From a virus (taxonomy: Duplodnaviria; Caudoviricetes), in the IMG/VR virus record IMGVR_UViG_3300020042_003562, positions 1 to 40,797 of that record: DNA of 40,797 nucleotides; one strand, given 5' to 3'. The stretch's first letter is position 1. The number at the start of each line of letters is the position of its first letter. A program made the translations under genes and the position numbers. The notes under the pieces were generated by a model, which saw only the letters and a program-made list of their open reading frames with translations, did not search any database and was not told the origin of the DNA. Of this stretch, positions 30,479 to 39,494 are shown piece after piece.

Positions 30479-30885
30479 TGAGCGCACCAGATAGCACAAA
30501 GTTCCAAGCCAACTTCAAGACAGCATCGGGTGCACTGTACAACGTGTATGCCAGCAGTACCGAAGAGTTCATTAGCGCACTCAATGACATGGGTGACCTA
30601 GTTGCAGTAATCACATCTGTTGAGCAGGCCCTGGCTACAGGTCAGACCATTGCCCAGCACATCCCACTAGCACCTGCATCACAGCAAGCTGCTCCAGTGC
30701 AGGCACCAGCACCAGTACAGCAACCAGTTCAGGATGCTTCATCAGCTGCACCATCTGCACCAATGTGTCGTCACGGCGCAATGGAATGGAAGACTGGTAG
30801 CAAGAATGGCAAGGACTGGAAAGCCTGGATGTGTTCAGCGCCAAAGGGTGCGGCTGACAAGTGTGATCCACAGTGGGTCCGATAG
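30478..30885 (+). CDS. Hypothetical protein with Pro/Gln linker and C-terminal Cys/His Zn-binding-like domain
   Basis: CRHGAMEWK...WKAWMC...KC. Confidence 0.75.
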   Translation: MSAPDSTKFQANFKTASGALYNVYASSTEEFISALNDMGDLVAVITSVEQALATGQTIAQHIPLAPASQQAAPVQAPAPVQQPVQDASSAAPSAPMCRHGAMEWKTGSKNGKDWKAWMCSAPKGAADKCDPQWVR

Positions 30886-30888
30886 TCC

Positions 30889-31113
30889 ATGACCGTACGC
30901 AAGGGAACTAAGGTACACCCTGCGTCGTTTGAAATAGTGCTCAAGTTGAAAGATCACTGGGGTTTTACTTATGAAGACCTCAGTGATCTACTTGACGTTA
31001 CTCCGTCGCGGGTACAGCAAATAGTATTACACCAACGTAAGAGAGGATTAGACGATGTTGACTCTCGCTCAAGCAGCGAACAAGCAGAAGAGTGGAGCGC
31101 AACTACTTCCTGA
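30889..31113 (+). CDS. HTH DNA-binding protein
   Basis: GFTYEDLSDLLDVTPSRVQQIV. Confidence 0.7.
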   Translation: MTVRKGTKVHPASFEIVLKLKDHWGFTYEDLSDLLDVTPSRVQQIVLHQRKRGLDDVDSRSSSEQAEEWSATTS

Positions 31114-31882
31114 TCTATTCCCTGCGTTGGCTAATGATGGTGTCAGGTTCCGTAGGGGACAGGTCACTATGATTGCAGGTCAACCCAATAGTGGTAAGTC
31201 ATTGCTTGCTTTGTTCTATGCGGTTAAGTCAGATGTACCAACACTGTACGTCAGTGCTGATACAGATGCCTATACTACAGCGATCCGAGCTGCCGCAGTT
31301 ATCACAGGTAACCAGGTATCCAGTGTTGAAGAATCATTTAACAGTGGCAATGGGTATGAGTTCTACCAGGACGAACTGGAGACATTGAAGAACTTACAGT
31401 TCAGCTTTGATCCATCACCTACCTTGGATGACATTGACTTGTCTATCCAGGCGTACGGTGAAGCGTTCGGGGAATACCCACACCTGATTATCATTGACAA
31501 CTTGATGAACGTAGCCGCATTACATGACAACGAGTGGACTGGTATGCGTGACATAGCCAAGGCTATGCACCACGTGGCCAGACAGACAGAAGCTGCAGTA
31601 TTCCTGTTGCACCATACGTCCGAGGGTGAAGGTAGACCAGAGCTACCACCATCACGCAAGTCTATTCAAGGTAAGATCAGTCAGTTACCTGAGATGATCC
31701 TTACTGTAGCAATGGACCATGACACTAATGAATACCGCATAGCGTGTGTTAAGAATCGCTTTGCTAAGAACTCAGCAAGTGGTGCTAACTTCACGGTGTT
31801 GTATGCTGATGCTTCACGCATGACGCTATACAATGACCGTCAAGGTGGTAACAATGCAGAATATTGGAGGGGATTGTCGTGA
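31055..31882 (+). CDS. DnaB-like/RecA-fold replicative helicase ATPase
   Basis: Walker A AGQPNSGKS, Walker B LIIIDNL, LHH and VKNR motifs. Confidence 0.88.
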   Translation: MLTLAQAANKQKSGAQLLPDLFPALANDGVRFRRGQVTMIAGQPNSGKSLLALFYAVKSDVPTLYVSADTDAYTTAIRAAAVITGNQVSSVEESFNSGNGYEFYQDELETLKNLQFSFDPSPTLDDIDLSIQAYGEAFGEYPHLIIIDNLMNVAALHDNEWTGMRDIAKAMHHVARQTEAAVFLLHHTSEGEGRPELPPSRKSIQGKISQLPEMILTVAMDHDTNEYRIACVKNRFAKNSASGANFTVLYADASRMTLYNDRQGGNNAEYWRGLS

Positions 31883-32094
31883 GCTATAAGAAGTACATTA
31901 CAAAGTTATGCCCTAACTGCGGTAACCAAGGTAGCTTAACTATCTGGGAGGATGACATGAACAGGTACCTTAACGGGGCCAATGCTCAAGATGCTTTCCC
32001 TGATTTACTACCACCAATGCGTGAACAGATTATGAGTGGCATCCATCCTCAGTGTTGGAATAAAATATTTAAGGATGATGATGACCAGAAGTAA
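31879..32094 (+). CDS. Hypothetical Zn-ribbon-like protein
   Basis: CPNCG...GIHPQCW; GTG start overlapping helicase stop, SD GGAGG. Confidence 0.7.
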   Translation: MSYKKYITKLCPNCGNQGSLTIWEDDMNRYLNGANAQDAFPDLLPPMREQIMSGIHPQCWNKIFKDDDDQK

Positions 32095-32440
32095 GCAAGC
32101 TGCGGCTAAGGCACGTGGCTCACAGTTTGAGACAGGTGTACTTAAGTGGCTACGCACCAAAGGTGTAACTGCTGAACGGCTACGCCTAGCAGGTAAGGCT
32201 GATGAAGGTGACATTGTTTGCTTTGTATCTGGCCAACCCTATGTGTTGGAACTCAAGGCAACAGCGAAGCTGGACTTGCCTGGGTTCTGGCGTGAAGCGG
32301 TAGTTGAAGCAGAGAACTACGCAAAGGCACGGGGTATTAGTCCTACACCACCAGCGTACGTTATTGTCAAGCGACGCAATGCAAGTATTGACCAGGCATG
32401 GGTAGTACAAACCCTTGAGCAATGGATAGGACAACAGTGA
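32081..32440 (+). CDS. Holliday junction resolvase (Hjc-like PD-(D/E)xK)
   Basis: KARGSQFE...DEGDI...LELK; start approximate (three ATGs at 32075-32081). Confidence 0.8.
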   Translation: MTRSKQAAAKARGSQFETGVLKWLRTKGVTAERLRLAGKADEGDIVCFVSGQPYVLELKATAKLDLPGFWREAVVEAENYAKARGISPTPPAYVIVKRRNASIDQAWVVQTLEQWIGQQ

Positions 32441-32616
32441 ATAAGAAACAATGGAATGAACGTGCCGATTGGGTACAATACGGCATAGGTAAAGGCTGGG
32501 TAACAGATAGTATCTGCGCTACCCATGATGGAACTTATGATTACGCAACTGATGAAGAGCGTGAGCAATGGGATGAGGGTGGAGATCCATGCGACCTGGT
32601 GCTCAAGCTACTATGA
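32437..32616 (+). CDS. Hypothetical protein (59 aa)
   Basis: GTGA overlap start; W...G...GW...CATHDG...GGDPC. Confidence 0.65.
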   Translation: MNKKQWNERADWVQYGIGKGWVTDSICATHDGTYDYATDEEREQWDEGGDPCDLVLKLL

Positions 32617-32975
32617 CCGACAAGCCTGACCTTGCTACGGTACTGGAGCACTACGGTGCAACGATACCTAACAAGTATGGCTACATCTCAATGCGGTGTG
32701 TACTGCATGAGGACACGCACTCAAGTGCAACAGTAAACATAGACAAGCAACGATACCATTGTTTTGTTTGCCAGTTTGATGGCGATGTGTATGATGTGGT
32801 ATCTAAAAAGGAAGAGATAGGTTTTAAGGATGCTGTCACAAGAGCAGAAGCTATTGCTAACGGAAACCGCAGAGAAGTACGTCAGCACACTGGATCAAGC
32901 AACGGCCTCTTACCTGCTAGGGCGAGGAATAACAAAGGAAGCCGCAGGTACGTTCCGCCTAGGTACAGTAAATGA
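32613..32975 (+). CDS. Primase zinc-binding (CHC2) domain ORF
   Basis: CVLHED...HCFVC...GD. Confidence 0.85.
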   Translation: MTDKPDLATVLEHYGATIPNKYGYISMRCVLHEDTHSSATVNIDKQRYHCFVCQFDGDVYDVVSKKEEIGFKDAVTRAEAIANGNRREVRQHTGSSNGLLPARARNNKGSRRYVPPRYSK

Positions 32976-33465
32976 TCCTGCGCCTGGCCATGAGCACGCT
33001 GTTGGGTGTCTTAGTATTCCTTATCGCACTCCCACTGGTATTGTTGGTATTAAGTTTCGTAAGGTTGATGGAGGTTCTCCTAAGTATCTGTGGCCGACTG
33101 GTCAAAAGGTTGGGATGTATAACGTCATTGACTTGCATGAAAGCTCAGATGTTATTGCTATCTGCGAGGGTGAACTTGATACCTTGGTTATGTCTGCTCT
33201 TGTGGGTGTGCCTGCTGTGGGTATTGCTGGCGTGAGCCAGTGGAAGCCACACTTTCCTAAGATGTTTGAAGGCTTTGATCGTATCGTTATCTTTGCAGAC
33301 AATGACCTTAAGGAAGATGGCCGTAACCCTGGCATGGAGCTGGCCAAGCGCATCAAAGAAGATCTTGACAAGGCGGTAGTCATCTCACTACCTGAGAACA
33401 ATGACGTGAACCAGGTGTACCTAGATGGTGGCGAAGAATGGTTACGTGAAAGGGCGTTAGCATGA
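32830..33465 (+). CDS. Primase catalytic TOPRIM ORF
   Basis: YLLGRGI, IPY, KFR, ICEGELD, FADND and DVN motifs. Confidence 0.88.
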   Translation: MLSQEQKLLLTETAEKYVSTLDQATASYLLGRGITKEAAGTFRLGTVNDPAPGHEHAVGCLSIPYRTPTGIVGIKFRKVDGGSPKYLWPTGQKVGMYNVIDLHESSDVIAICEGELDTLVMSALVGVPAVGIAGVSQWKPHFPKMFEGFDRIVIFADNDLKEDGRNPGMELAKRIKEDLDKAVVISLPENNDVNQVYLDGGEEWLRERALA

Positions 33466-33641
33466 ACTACACAGAAAAGTATTTACTAGATCAAATCCAA
33501 CGTGTGCGTGACTTGCATACAAAAATTCCAGCAAGAAATTCTAGTAATAAATTTACCTGTAAAGAATGCTATGCGTTTTACACACACTACGAGTACGAAT
33601 ACCCTTGCCTTACTATTCAAGCATTAGACGGTGAAGTATGA
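33462..33641 (+). CDS. Small Cys/His protein (59 aa)
   Basis: Hand-translated RVRDLH...CKEC...YPCLTIQAL; ATGA overlaps at both ends. Confidence 0.7.
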   Translation: MNYTEKYLLDQIQRVRDLHTKIPARNSSNKFTCKECYAFYTHYEYEYPCLTIQALDGEV

Positions 33642-34159
33642 CGATCATAGTGGGCATAGCCCATGACGGTAAGGTCTACATGGCTGGTGACCGTGGTATG
33701 TCAGACAAAGACTTCATAGGTAGTATGGTTACACCCAAGATACACAAGGTTGGACCCATAATTATGGGTTACTCTGCATCTCAAGGTACAGGTCAGCTGG
33801 CTCACCTCATCACCTATCCCAAGCCAGTGTACGAGAACCTTGAAGCCTGGCTACGCATAGATTTCTGTGATGCCATACAAAAAGCAGCTGACCTATTCAA
33901 GATTGACATTAACTCCGAGGATAACGGTGCTGATTTTCTTGTTGGCATAGACGGCAGGCTATTTGAGATCAGTACCGAGGACTGGTCAGTAGCTGAGTAC
34001 GACATGATAGCCAATGGATCAGGCTACGCCTATGCCATGGGGTCATTGTTCAGTACCCGTGACTGGGATAGCCCCCGTAACCGTGTTAGGGAGGCTGTCA
34101 AGGCCTCTATTCGGTACTCCCCTACGTGCCAGGGGCCAGTAGACACTCTCGTTCTATGA
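33638..34159 (+). CDS. Ntn-hydrolase, HslV/proteasome beta-subunit-like
   Basis: N-terminal M-T-I-I-V-G, AGDR, Lys in TPKI, and ANGSG...AMG motif. Confidence 0.78.
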   Translation: MTIIVGIAHDGKVYMAGDRGMSDKDFIGSMVTPKIHKVGPIIMGYSASQGTGQLAHLITYPKPVYENLEAWLRIDFCDAIQKAADLFKIDINSEDNGADFLVGIDGRLFEISTEDWSVAEYDMIANGSGYAYAMGSLFSTRDWDSPRNRVREAVKASIRYSPTCQGPVDTLVL

Positions 34160-34341
34160 TTTACACGTATTACGGTGGTCCAGCTGACGGTGCTGAGATA
34201 CCTAAGTTCCTGGCCAAGCAAGACTACCTTATTGTTGAGCGACCCATTGCAAATAACAAGGTTGTAAGTTACTATTACGAGAAGTGCGAAGATCATCCAT
34301 GGTTTGAATACTGTGGGGAAATAGAGGAAGAAGATGAGTGA
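34156..34341 (+). CDS. Hypothetical protein with GGPADG motif
   Basis: 61 aa; ATGA overlap. Confidence 0.65.
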   Translation: MIYTYYGGPADGAEIPKFLAKQDYLIVERPIANNKVVSYYYEKCEDHPWFEYCGEIEEEDE

Positions 34342-34747
34342 CAAAGACGGACTGGGAAAACCTTATCACGTGCCTTACCTCGATGGGTTTGGTGATTACC
34401 CAAGTGGATACGACGAATGGGACTATCTTAGTTACAGTACCACCGACAAGAAACTAAGTATGCAACAGTTCGCAGCTGACATGTGGGATGTTATTGACCA
34501 CTGCGGTAACGTACTGCTGTCCAAGCAAGAGGACTATGGTCCACTTAACATTGCACGTGCACCTGGTGGCCCGCTTAATGGTCTACGTGTACGTATCTTT
34601 GACAAGATCTCCCGCATTAACAACTTGATTGACGAGAACCAAGACCCTAAGCATGAGTCACTACGTGATTCATTCCTTGACCTAGCCAACTACGGCATCA
34701 TTGCACTCATGGTGCTTGATGGCACGTGGCCCAAACTAGAGGACTAA
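34334..34747 (+). CDS. DUF1599/Nmad1-like nucleotide-modification-associated domain protein
   Basis: KQEDYG...RIFDKISRI...ESLRDSFLDLANYGII. Confidence 0.8.
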   Translation: MSDKDGLGKPYHVPYLDGFGDYPSGYDEWDYLSYSTTDKKLSMQQFAADMWDVIDHCGNVLLSKQEDYGPLNIARAPGGPLNGLRVRIFDKISRINNLIDENQDPKHESLRDSFLDLANYGIIALMVLDGTWPKLED

Positions 34748-34748
34748 A

Positions 34749-35492
34749 ATGAAAGCTATTGTCTGCATCTCAGACCTGCAAGTTCCATACCATGACAAGC
34801 GTGCGGTTGCTAACGTGGCTACGTTTATCCGTGCGTTCAAGCCTGACACTGTGGTATCTGTTGGTGATGAGATGGATTTCCAGACCATTAGCCGCTGGGC
34901 ACAAGGCACACCATTAGAATACGAGCGCACCATTGGTCGTGACCGTGATGCTACCGTTGGTGTGCTTGAATCCCTACGTGTAGACCATGTGATACGTAGT
35001 AATCACACTGATCGGTTGTTCAATACCGTGATGATGCGTGCGCCTGGCCTTATTTCCTTGCCTGAGCTGGAGATTGGTAACTTCCTACGCTTTCCTGAGC
35101 TAGGTATCAAGTACCATAAGAGACCATACGAATTAGCACCAGGCTGGCTGTTAATGCACGGTGATGAGGGTAACATCTCTCAGAATGGTGGCACTACTGC
35201 CCTTAACCTGGCTAAGAAGACTGGTAAGAGCGTGGTATGTGGTCATACACATAGAATGGGTCTCGTACACCACACTGAATCGTTCTCTGGTGTGCCTACT
35301 CGTACCCTATGGGGCATGGAAGTGGGTAACCTAATGGATGCCAAGCAAGCCAGCTATCTAAAGGCTGGCATCAGTAACTGGCAACAAGGGTTCGGTATCC
35401 TATGGGTAGACGGTAAGACTGTAGTACCACAACTCGTACCTATCGCACGTGATGGTTCATTCTTTGCTGAAGGGAAGGTATGGGGTAAGTGA
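34749..35492 (+). CDS. Calcineurin-like metallophosphoesterase
   Basis: SDLQ, GDEMD, SNH, HG and GHTHR motifs. Confidence 0.88.
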   Translation: MKAIVCISDLQVPYHDKRAVANVATFIRAFKPDTVVSVGDEMDFQTISRWAQGTPLEYERTIGRDRDATVGVLESLRVDHVIRSNHTDRLFNTVMMRAPGLISLPELEIGNFLRFPELGIKYHKRPYELAPGWLLMHGDEGNISQNGGTTALNLAKKTGKSVVCGHTHRMGLVHHTESFSGVPTRTLWGMEVGNLMDAKQASYLKAGISNWQQGFGILWVDGKTVVPQLVPIARDGSFFAEGKVWGK

Positions 35493-36166
35493 CCGAGCAA
35501 TGGTTAGTGGAAGCTGATGAGATAGCGGCAACAGTAGCCAGACAAATACACAATAGGTATGCGGTTTACTTCGAGGCCTCGGATGTAAAGCAAGAGCTTA
35601 TCATCTGGGCACTCAAGCGTCCCAATAAGATTAAGGAATGGTTAGATCCTGAGCAAGAACCAGCAGACCGCAAGGGTGGCATACGCCAGTGCGCTAAGGC
35701 CATGCAACGTGAAGCGGATAAGTATTGCCGTAGCCGTAAGGCCAAGGCCGTTGGGTATGAGACCAGGGATGAAGCGTTCTACAACATTGGTATCATTGAA
35801 GAGCTGATCGCTCATATGAATGAAGCCAATGAGCAGCAGGTAACCCAGCAGATACGGGTCTCTGGTGGTGGCGGTGACCCCGCTACTGGTGGTAACTTCC
35901 TGATCTCTATCATTGACGTACGTGCTGCTATGGATAAGCTTGATCCTGATGATAGACTTATACTTGAGATGAGATACCAGGAGAACATGACATTGGGGCA
36001 GATAGCTACGGTCTTTGACCTATCTGATACCACCATACATAGACGAATCAACGGATCACTCAAGCGTATGGTTAAGGTACTAGGTGGCGAAAGCCCGTGG
36101 ACATATACTGCTCGTCGGGTTATGTCAAACTCCCAAGCTAATGCTATAGTATCTGATAACAACTAA
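35489..36166 (+). CDS. Sigma70-like transcription factor (region 4 HTH)
   Basis: LDPDDRLILEMRYQENMTLGQIATVFDLSDTTIHRRI; region-2-like DVKQELIIW. Confidence 0.75.
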   Translation: MTEQWLVEADEIAATVARQIHNRYAVYFEASDVKQELIIWALKRPNKIKEWLDPEQEPADRKGGIRQCAKAMQREADKYCRSRKAKAVGYETRDEAFYNIGIIEELIAHMNEANEQQVTQQIRVSGGGGDPATGGNFLISIIDVRAAMDKLDPDDRLILEMRYQENMTLGQIATVFDLSDTTIHRRINGSLKRMVKVLGGESPWTYTARRVMSNSQANAIVSDNN

Positions 36167-36207
36167 ATAGATTTCCGATACCAGAGGGGAAGCTGGCTAT
36201 CGGATAC

Positions 36208-36249
36208 GCAAGGCCTCGGATCTTAATTGGTTCGGGGTCTTGTTGTTTT
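36208..36249 (+). terminator. Intrinsic terminator of rightward operon
   Basis: GCAAGGCCTCGGATC/GGTTCGGGGTCTTGT stem followed by TGTTTT. Confidence 0.75.
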
Positions 36250-36289
36250 CCAGGTGAGCTGGACATTCGAGACTGTGTGATAGTAATGC

Positions 36290-36322
36290 AAAAACCCCTA
36301 GCGGATAGGAGTACGCTAGGGG
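36290..36322 (-). terminator. Intrinsic terminator of leftward operon
   Basis: CCCCTAGCG/CGCTAGGGG stem followed by T5 on - strand. Confidence 0.8.
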
Positions 36323-36349
36323 CTTGCAATTAGTGAGAGGATAGGGACT

Positions 36350-36649
36350 CTAACTAATGTTTATCATACACGGATCTTGTAGCTTTGCCAAATAGGCACG
36401 GCTACGCTCGTCATACCTGGTGAGCTTAGTCGGTATGTCTTTGATCGCTTGGTTAGACGTGGCGTATGGGCCGATAGCCTTGGCCACACTAAGCGAGGGT
36501 TCAATCTGCACTAACACGTACGTGTCCCGCTTGGAGCGCATACTGTCAATGAGTTCAATGACGGATCTTGCTAGCTCATCCACGCTTTCGTGTTCCTGCG
36601 ATAGCAGATCTGATACGGCTTTAATTTCTGTTGGTCGGATCTGTAACAT
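36350..36649 (-). CDS. Hypothetical protein
   Basis: 99 aa; last gene of leftward operon; TAATG coupling. Confidence 0.7.
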   Translation of the reverse strand: MLQIRPTEIKAVSDLLSQEHESVDELARSVIELIDSMRSKRDTYVLVQIEPSLSVAKAIGPYATSNQAIKDIPTKLTRYDERSRAYLAKLQDPCMINIS

Positions 36650-36717
36650 TAGTCGGTGTACTTAATGACTATTGCTAGGATCAACATAATCGCTACGTAA
36701 ATTAAGATCGTGTCCAT
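36649..36717 (-). CDS. 22-aa single-TM peptide MDTILIYVAIMLILAIVIKYTD
   Basis: Hand-translated; coupled to next ORF. Confidence 0.5.
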   Translation of the reverse strand: MDTILIYVAIMLILAIVIKYTD

Positions 36718-36722
36718 AACTG

Positions 36723-36866
36723 TTACCACCCGCCTAAACATTGGTCGGAGTGTGTGTGTATCCAATGGTTACCTTCTAAGTGTTTCTTTGTGGGTGCGTA
36801 TAGCTCGGTATTGCAGGTGCGGCAGGTGTATGTCCACTCCTGGCCAAAGTAATCGTAGTTGTACAT
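36723..36866 (-). CDS. 47-aa C2H2-like peptide
   Basis: Hand-translated CRTC...HWIHTH; SD GAGGAG; TAATG coupling. Confidence 0.65.
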   Translation of the reverse strand: MYNYDYFGQEWTYTCRTCNTELYAPTKKHLEGNHWIHTHSDQCLGGW

Positions 36867-37006
36867 TACTCCTCGTCTCGGATCACGCGGGTATCAAAGT
36901 CATCCTCGCGATCATAAGCTACGCCGTGGTAGATGCGAGAATTGCACACGGTGCATACATCATACCCGTCATCACTATCTATCCAAGTGTGTTCATAGTT
37001 ACTCAT
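36866..37006 (-). CDS. 46-aa acidic CxxC peptide
   Basis: Hand-translated MSNYEHTW...CTVC...RDEE. Confidence 0.55.
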   Translation of the reverse strand: MSNYEHTWIDSDDGYDVCTVCNSRIYHGVAYDREDDFDTRVIRDEE

Positions 37007-37156
37007 CAAAGCTATCCAACCAAGCAATACTGTCCAATAAATAACGGATCATAGCTTCATCACTTGCAGGGGTGGGATCATTCATCACTAGGTGTTGTAG
37101 TTCCCCTAGGTACTGCGTATCCCTGCGGATAGCACGCTTAATCTTTAGTTCCTTAA

Positions 37157-37582
37157 TCATAACTTAACTCCATTCATTTTGTTCAAGCGTTCACGTACGA
37201 TACGTGCCCCGCTTACCGCCATTGCTTCTGCGTTAGTTAATCTCTTACCCGTTAGCTTGGCGCGTAATGCTAGGCGTTCACCTGATAGTAGCCCGCCCCA
37301 GATACCGTATCGTATGTCATCATCTTGCATACCTACCTCTAAGCATTGCTCTCGGATAGGGCAGGCCTTGCAAATCTCTAGTGCCATACCTGCCGTAGCT
37401 ATCTCATCTAGTGTGATGTGGTTAGTTGTCGCGGGATACCACCAATCGGGGTAGGTAGCACCTTGACATAGGGCACTATCCCATAGCGATCCGTCATGCG
37501 TAAGGTGTGCGAATAGTCTTTGTGCATCTATTGCTTGTTGCTCACGCGGTCTTAGTTTCCTGCCGTTCGGTTTCCTGCTCAT
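37157..37582 (-). CDS. whiB: WhiB-family Fe-S transcription factor
   Basis: Four Cys (C...CKAC.....C) and GIWGG turn; SD GGAGG. Confidence 0.92.
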   Translation of the reverse strand: MSRKPNGRKLRPREQQAIDAQRLFAHLTHDGSLWDSALCQGATYPDWWYPATTNHITLDEIATAGMALEICKACPIREQCLEVGMQDDDIRYGIWGGLLSGERLALRAKLTGKRLTNAEAMAVSGARIVRERLNKMNGVKL

Positions 37583-37656
37583 CTCTCACCTCCCAGTAAG
37601 GCTCGGTCTCTAGTGATAGCTTGACTAGCTCGGTCATGCGCTCAAGTGATAACAAG

Positions 37657-37797
37657 TTAAACATTTTGATACTCCTCCTCGCAATCAAGGCATACCACAT
37701 CATCATAATAATCTGACCAAGTAGGGCGTAGGTACGATACGTTACTATCCATAGTATCTAAGCAATTAGGGCAGGCGTTGCCGTTAAACTCTTGCAT
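37657..37797 (-). CDS. 46-aa Zn-ribbon peptide
   Basis: Hand-translated CPNC...CLDC; TAATG coupling. Confidence 0.6.
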   Translation of the reverse strand: MQEFNGNACPNCLDTMDSNVSYLRPTWSDYYDDVVCLDCEEEYQNV

Positions 37798-38075
37798 TAG
37801 TTCACCTCGATAACTATGTCTTGGTTATCCCAAGGTATTTCGGTAATGAAATAACCAATGCGGTTTACAACATGGTATCCAGCGGTAAGTAGATAGCCGT
37901 CATCACTATCCATGTATGTCCACACGTTCTCATTAGGTTGCGTCTTAACCCATTCAAGTTCAATGCCATAAGCTTCAAACATAATGCCGTTGCCGTTATC
38001 ATCTTGCCAGCTAGCATTGCTATCAAACTTATTTATAGTTGGCTTGTATTTAGTTTCCCATTCTTGTACGTTCAT
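37797..38075 (-). CDS. Hypothetical early protein
   Basis: 92 aa; VWT...GYHVVNRIGYFITEIPW; TAATG coupling. Confidence 0.75.
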   Translation of the reverse strand: MNVQEWETKYKPTINKFDSNASWQDDNGNGIMFEAYGIELEWVKTQPNENVWTYMDSDDGYLLTAGYHVVNRIGYFITEIPWDNQDIVIEVN

Positions 38076-38335
38076 TACGCCACGTCCAATTTATTCTTGG
38101 CAAAGAATAGATCCGTGCCGTCCTCGTCTTTGATACTGATCTGCACGGGTACATCTATGTAGCTATCAAGAAATAGCTGGTGCTCAATCTGCCACTCGCG
38201 ATCCTTAACAAACTCAACCATTGCTTCGTGACTAATTGGGTGGCCGTGTAATCCGTACTCACCCGTTGCTAGCATTTCTTTAATAAGGTACTCCTCACTA
38301 AAGATAACTTCGGTAGTTGCTACAAGGTATGTCAT
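38075..38335 (-). CDS. Hypothetical early protein
   Basis: SD ATAGGAG favours ATG at 38335. Confidence 0.65.
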   Translation of the reverse strand: MTYLVATTEVIFSEEYLIKEMLATGEYGLHGHPISHEAMVEFVKDREWQIEHQLFLDSYIDVPVQISIKDEDGTDLFFAKNKLDVA

Positions 38336-38345
38336 TGTGTTACTC

Positions 38346-38567
38346 CTATTCATTCTCTAAGTTGTGCGGTGCAAGGATAGTTGATAGCTGATCCTCGATC
38401 GCTAGATAGACTTCACGATTAACGGCGTACTCTGAATCATCAGGATAGATCCACTCACTAGTAAGCTCGTCATACATAAGCCTATCGTTTAGATCCTGCG
38501 CCGTGTCTACATCCACCTGCCATTGTTCGGTGCGGGTGTCGTACATTACAACGTATTGGTATTGCAT
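38346..38567 (-). CDS. Hypothetical acidic early protein
   Basis: 73 aa; SD GATAGGGG. Confidence 0.7.
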   Translation of the reverse strand: MQYQYVVMYDTRTEQWQVDVDTAQDLNDRLMYDELTSEWIYPDDSEYAVNREVYLAIEDQLSTILAPHNLENE

Positions 38568-38638
38568 TGTGTTGCCCCTATCTTTCGTTGTGTATCCATT
38601 GTGCCCCTATGACACAATGAAAGTCTAGCGGATCTTAT

Positions 38639-38696
38639 CTAGCTAGCCCACCCGTACCCCGTGCCCTGCGACACGGGATACAGGTTAGTCATCTAG
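38639..38696 (-). repeat. Intergenic long hairpin A (CTAG-closed, CCCGTGTC-N4-GGCACGGG core)
   Basis: Imperfect inverted repeat; several mismatches are G:U pairs on - strand. Confidence 0.8.
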
Positions 38697-38697
38697 A

Positions 38698-38895
38698 CTA
38701 TTCCGACCAATGGCTTGGAATTACCACGCCGTTATCTTTGGCACGGGTTAGCCACTCATCAACCGTGTATCTCAATTCCTGAAACACACTGATCAAGCTG
38801 GCTAGATCATTGCCGTAATAGTCGCGAGCTATCTGCTCACTAATCTCGTCAATGGTAGCAAACTCTTGTTCACGGTACAATTTCCTTGTATCCAT
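38698..38895 (-). CDS. Hypothetical early protein
   Basis: 65 aa; SD GATAGGGGG. Confidence 0.7.
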   Translation of the reverse strand: MDTRKLYREQEFATIDEISEQIARDYYGNDLASLISVFQELRYTVDEWLTRAKDNGVVIPSHWSE

Positions 38896-38947
38896 TCTGC
38901 ACCCCCTATCTATCCCTATCTATTAACGGATCAGCTGAATCCGTGGG

Positions 38948-39005
38948 CTAGGTAGCCCGCCCGCACCCCGTGCCGTGTGACACGGGATGCAGACTAGTTA
39001 CCTAG
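38948..39005 (-). repeat. Intergenic long hairpin B (paralog of A)
   Basis: CTAGGTA...CATCCCGTGTC-acac-GGCACGGGGTG...TACCTAG. Confidence 0.8.
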
Positions 39006-39217
39006 GGGCGCAGACAATCGTGCTCGCGTGCGCCAGTTAGACCATTGAGTAGTTTCCAGTTAGGATCAGGGTTATCCCAATCCTCCCAAGCACCAATACC
39101 GCAATGGTGGCATTGCCAGCTGGTCGCTGGCATAGACCATTCTTTCAGGTGTACGGTAACTCCGTTAGGCCAGTAGTTAAGGCCTCGTTCCGTAGACCAA
39201 GGGTCTAGCTTGCTCAT
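39002..39217 (-). CDS. Hypothetical early protein with CxxC
   Basis: 71 aa; SD GATAGGAG. Confidence 0.7.
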   Translation of the reverse strand: MSKLDPWSTERGLNYWPNGVTVHLKEWSMPATSWQCHHCGIGAWEDWDNPDPNWKLLNGLTGAREHDCLRP

Positions 39218-39287
39218 AATTTCTCCTATCGAGCTCGCAACAATTTGTTGCTAATTCTATTCTACCACCCTTGTCAAGTACCCTTGA

Positions 39288-39494
39288 TTATTCGGCGTGT
39301 CGCACTAGCACCAAGCTAGGCTTGGTAGGTGCTGGCTTGCGGATCTTGTCTGGCGTATGCCGTGCCTTTAGGTGCGCCGTCATAGCTACGGATACCTGCG
39401 ATAGCTTGGCGTAGTTATCGGATACCCACTCACAATGATCGCACACTATGCGGTATGGTTCATACGTTAGTATGTCGTGTTTAATTGTTAGCAT
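39288..39494 (-). CDS. C2H2 Zn-finger-like early protein
   Basis: CDHC...HLKARH. Confidence 0.65.
   Translation of the reverse strand: MLTIKHDILTYEPYRIVCDHCEWVSDNYAKLSQVSVAMTAHLKARHTPDKIRKPAPTKPSLVLVRHAE

Noticed and set aside
36710-37054. Plus-strand 114-aa ORF and other antisense or nested ORFs in the track
   Set aside because: Shadow ORFs opposite coupled, motif-bearing genes, with no recognisable motifs of their own
39254-39277. Minus-strand promoter TTGACA...TAGAAT
   Set aside because: Spacing is 7 or 12 bp, not 16-19
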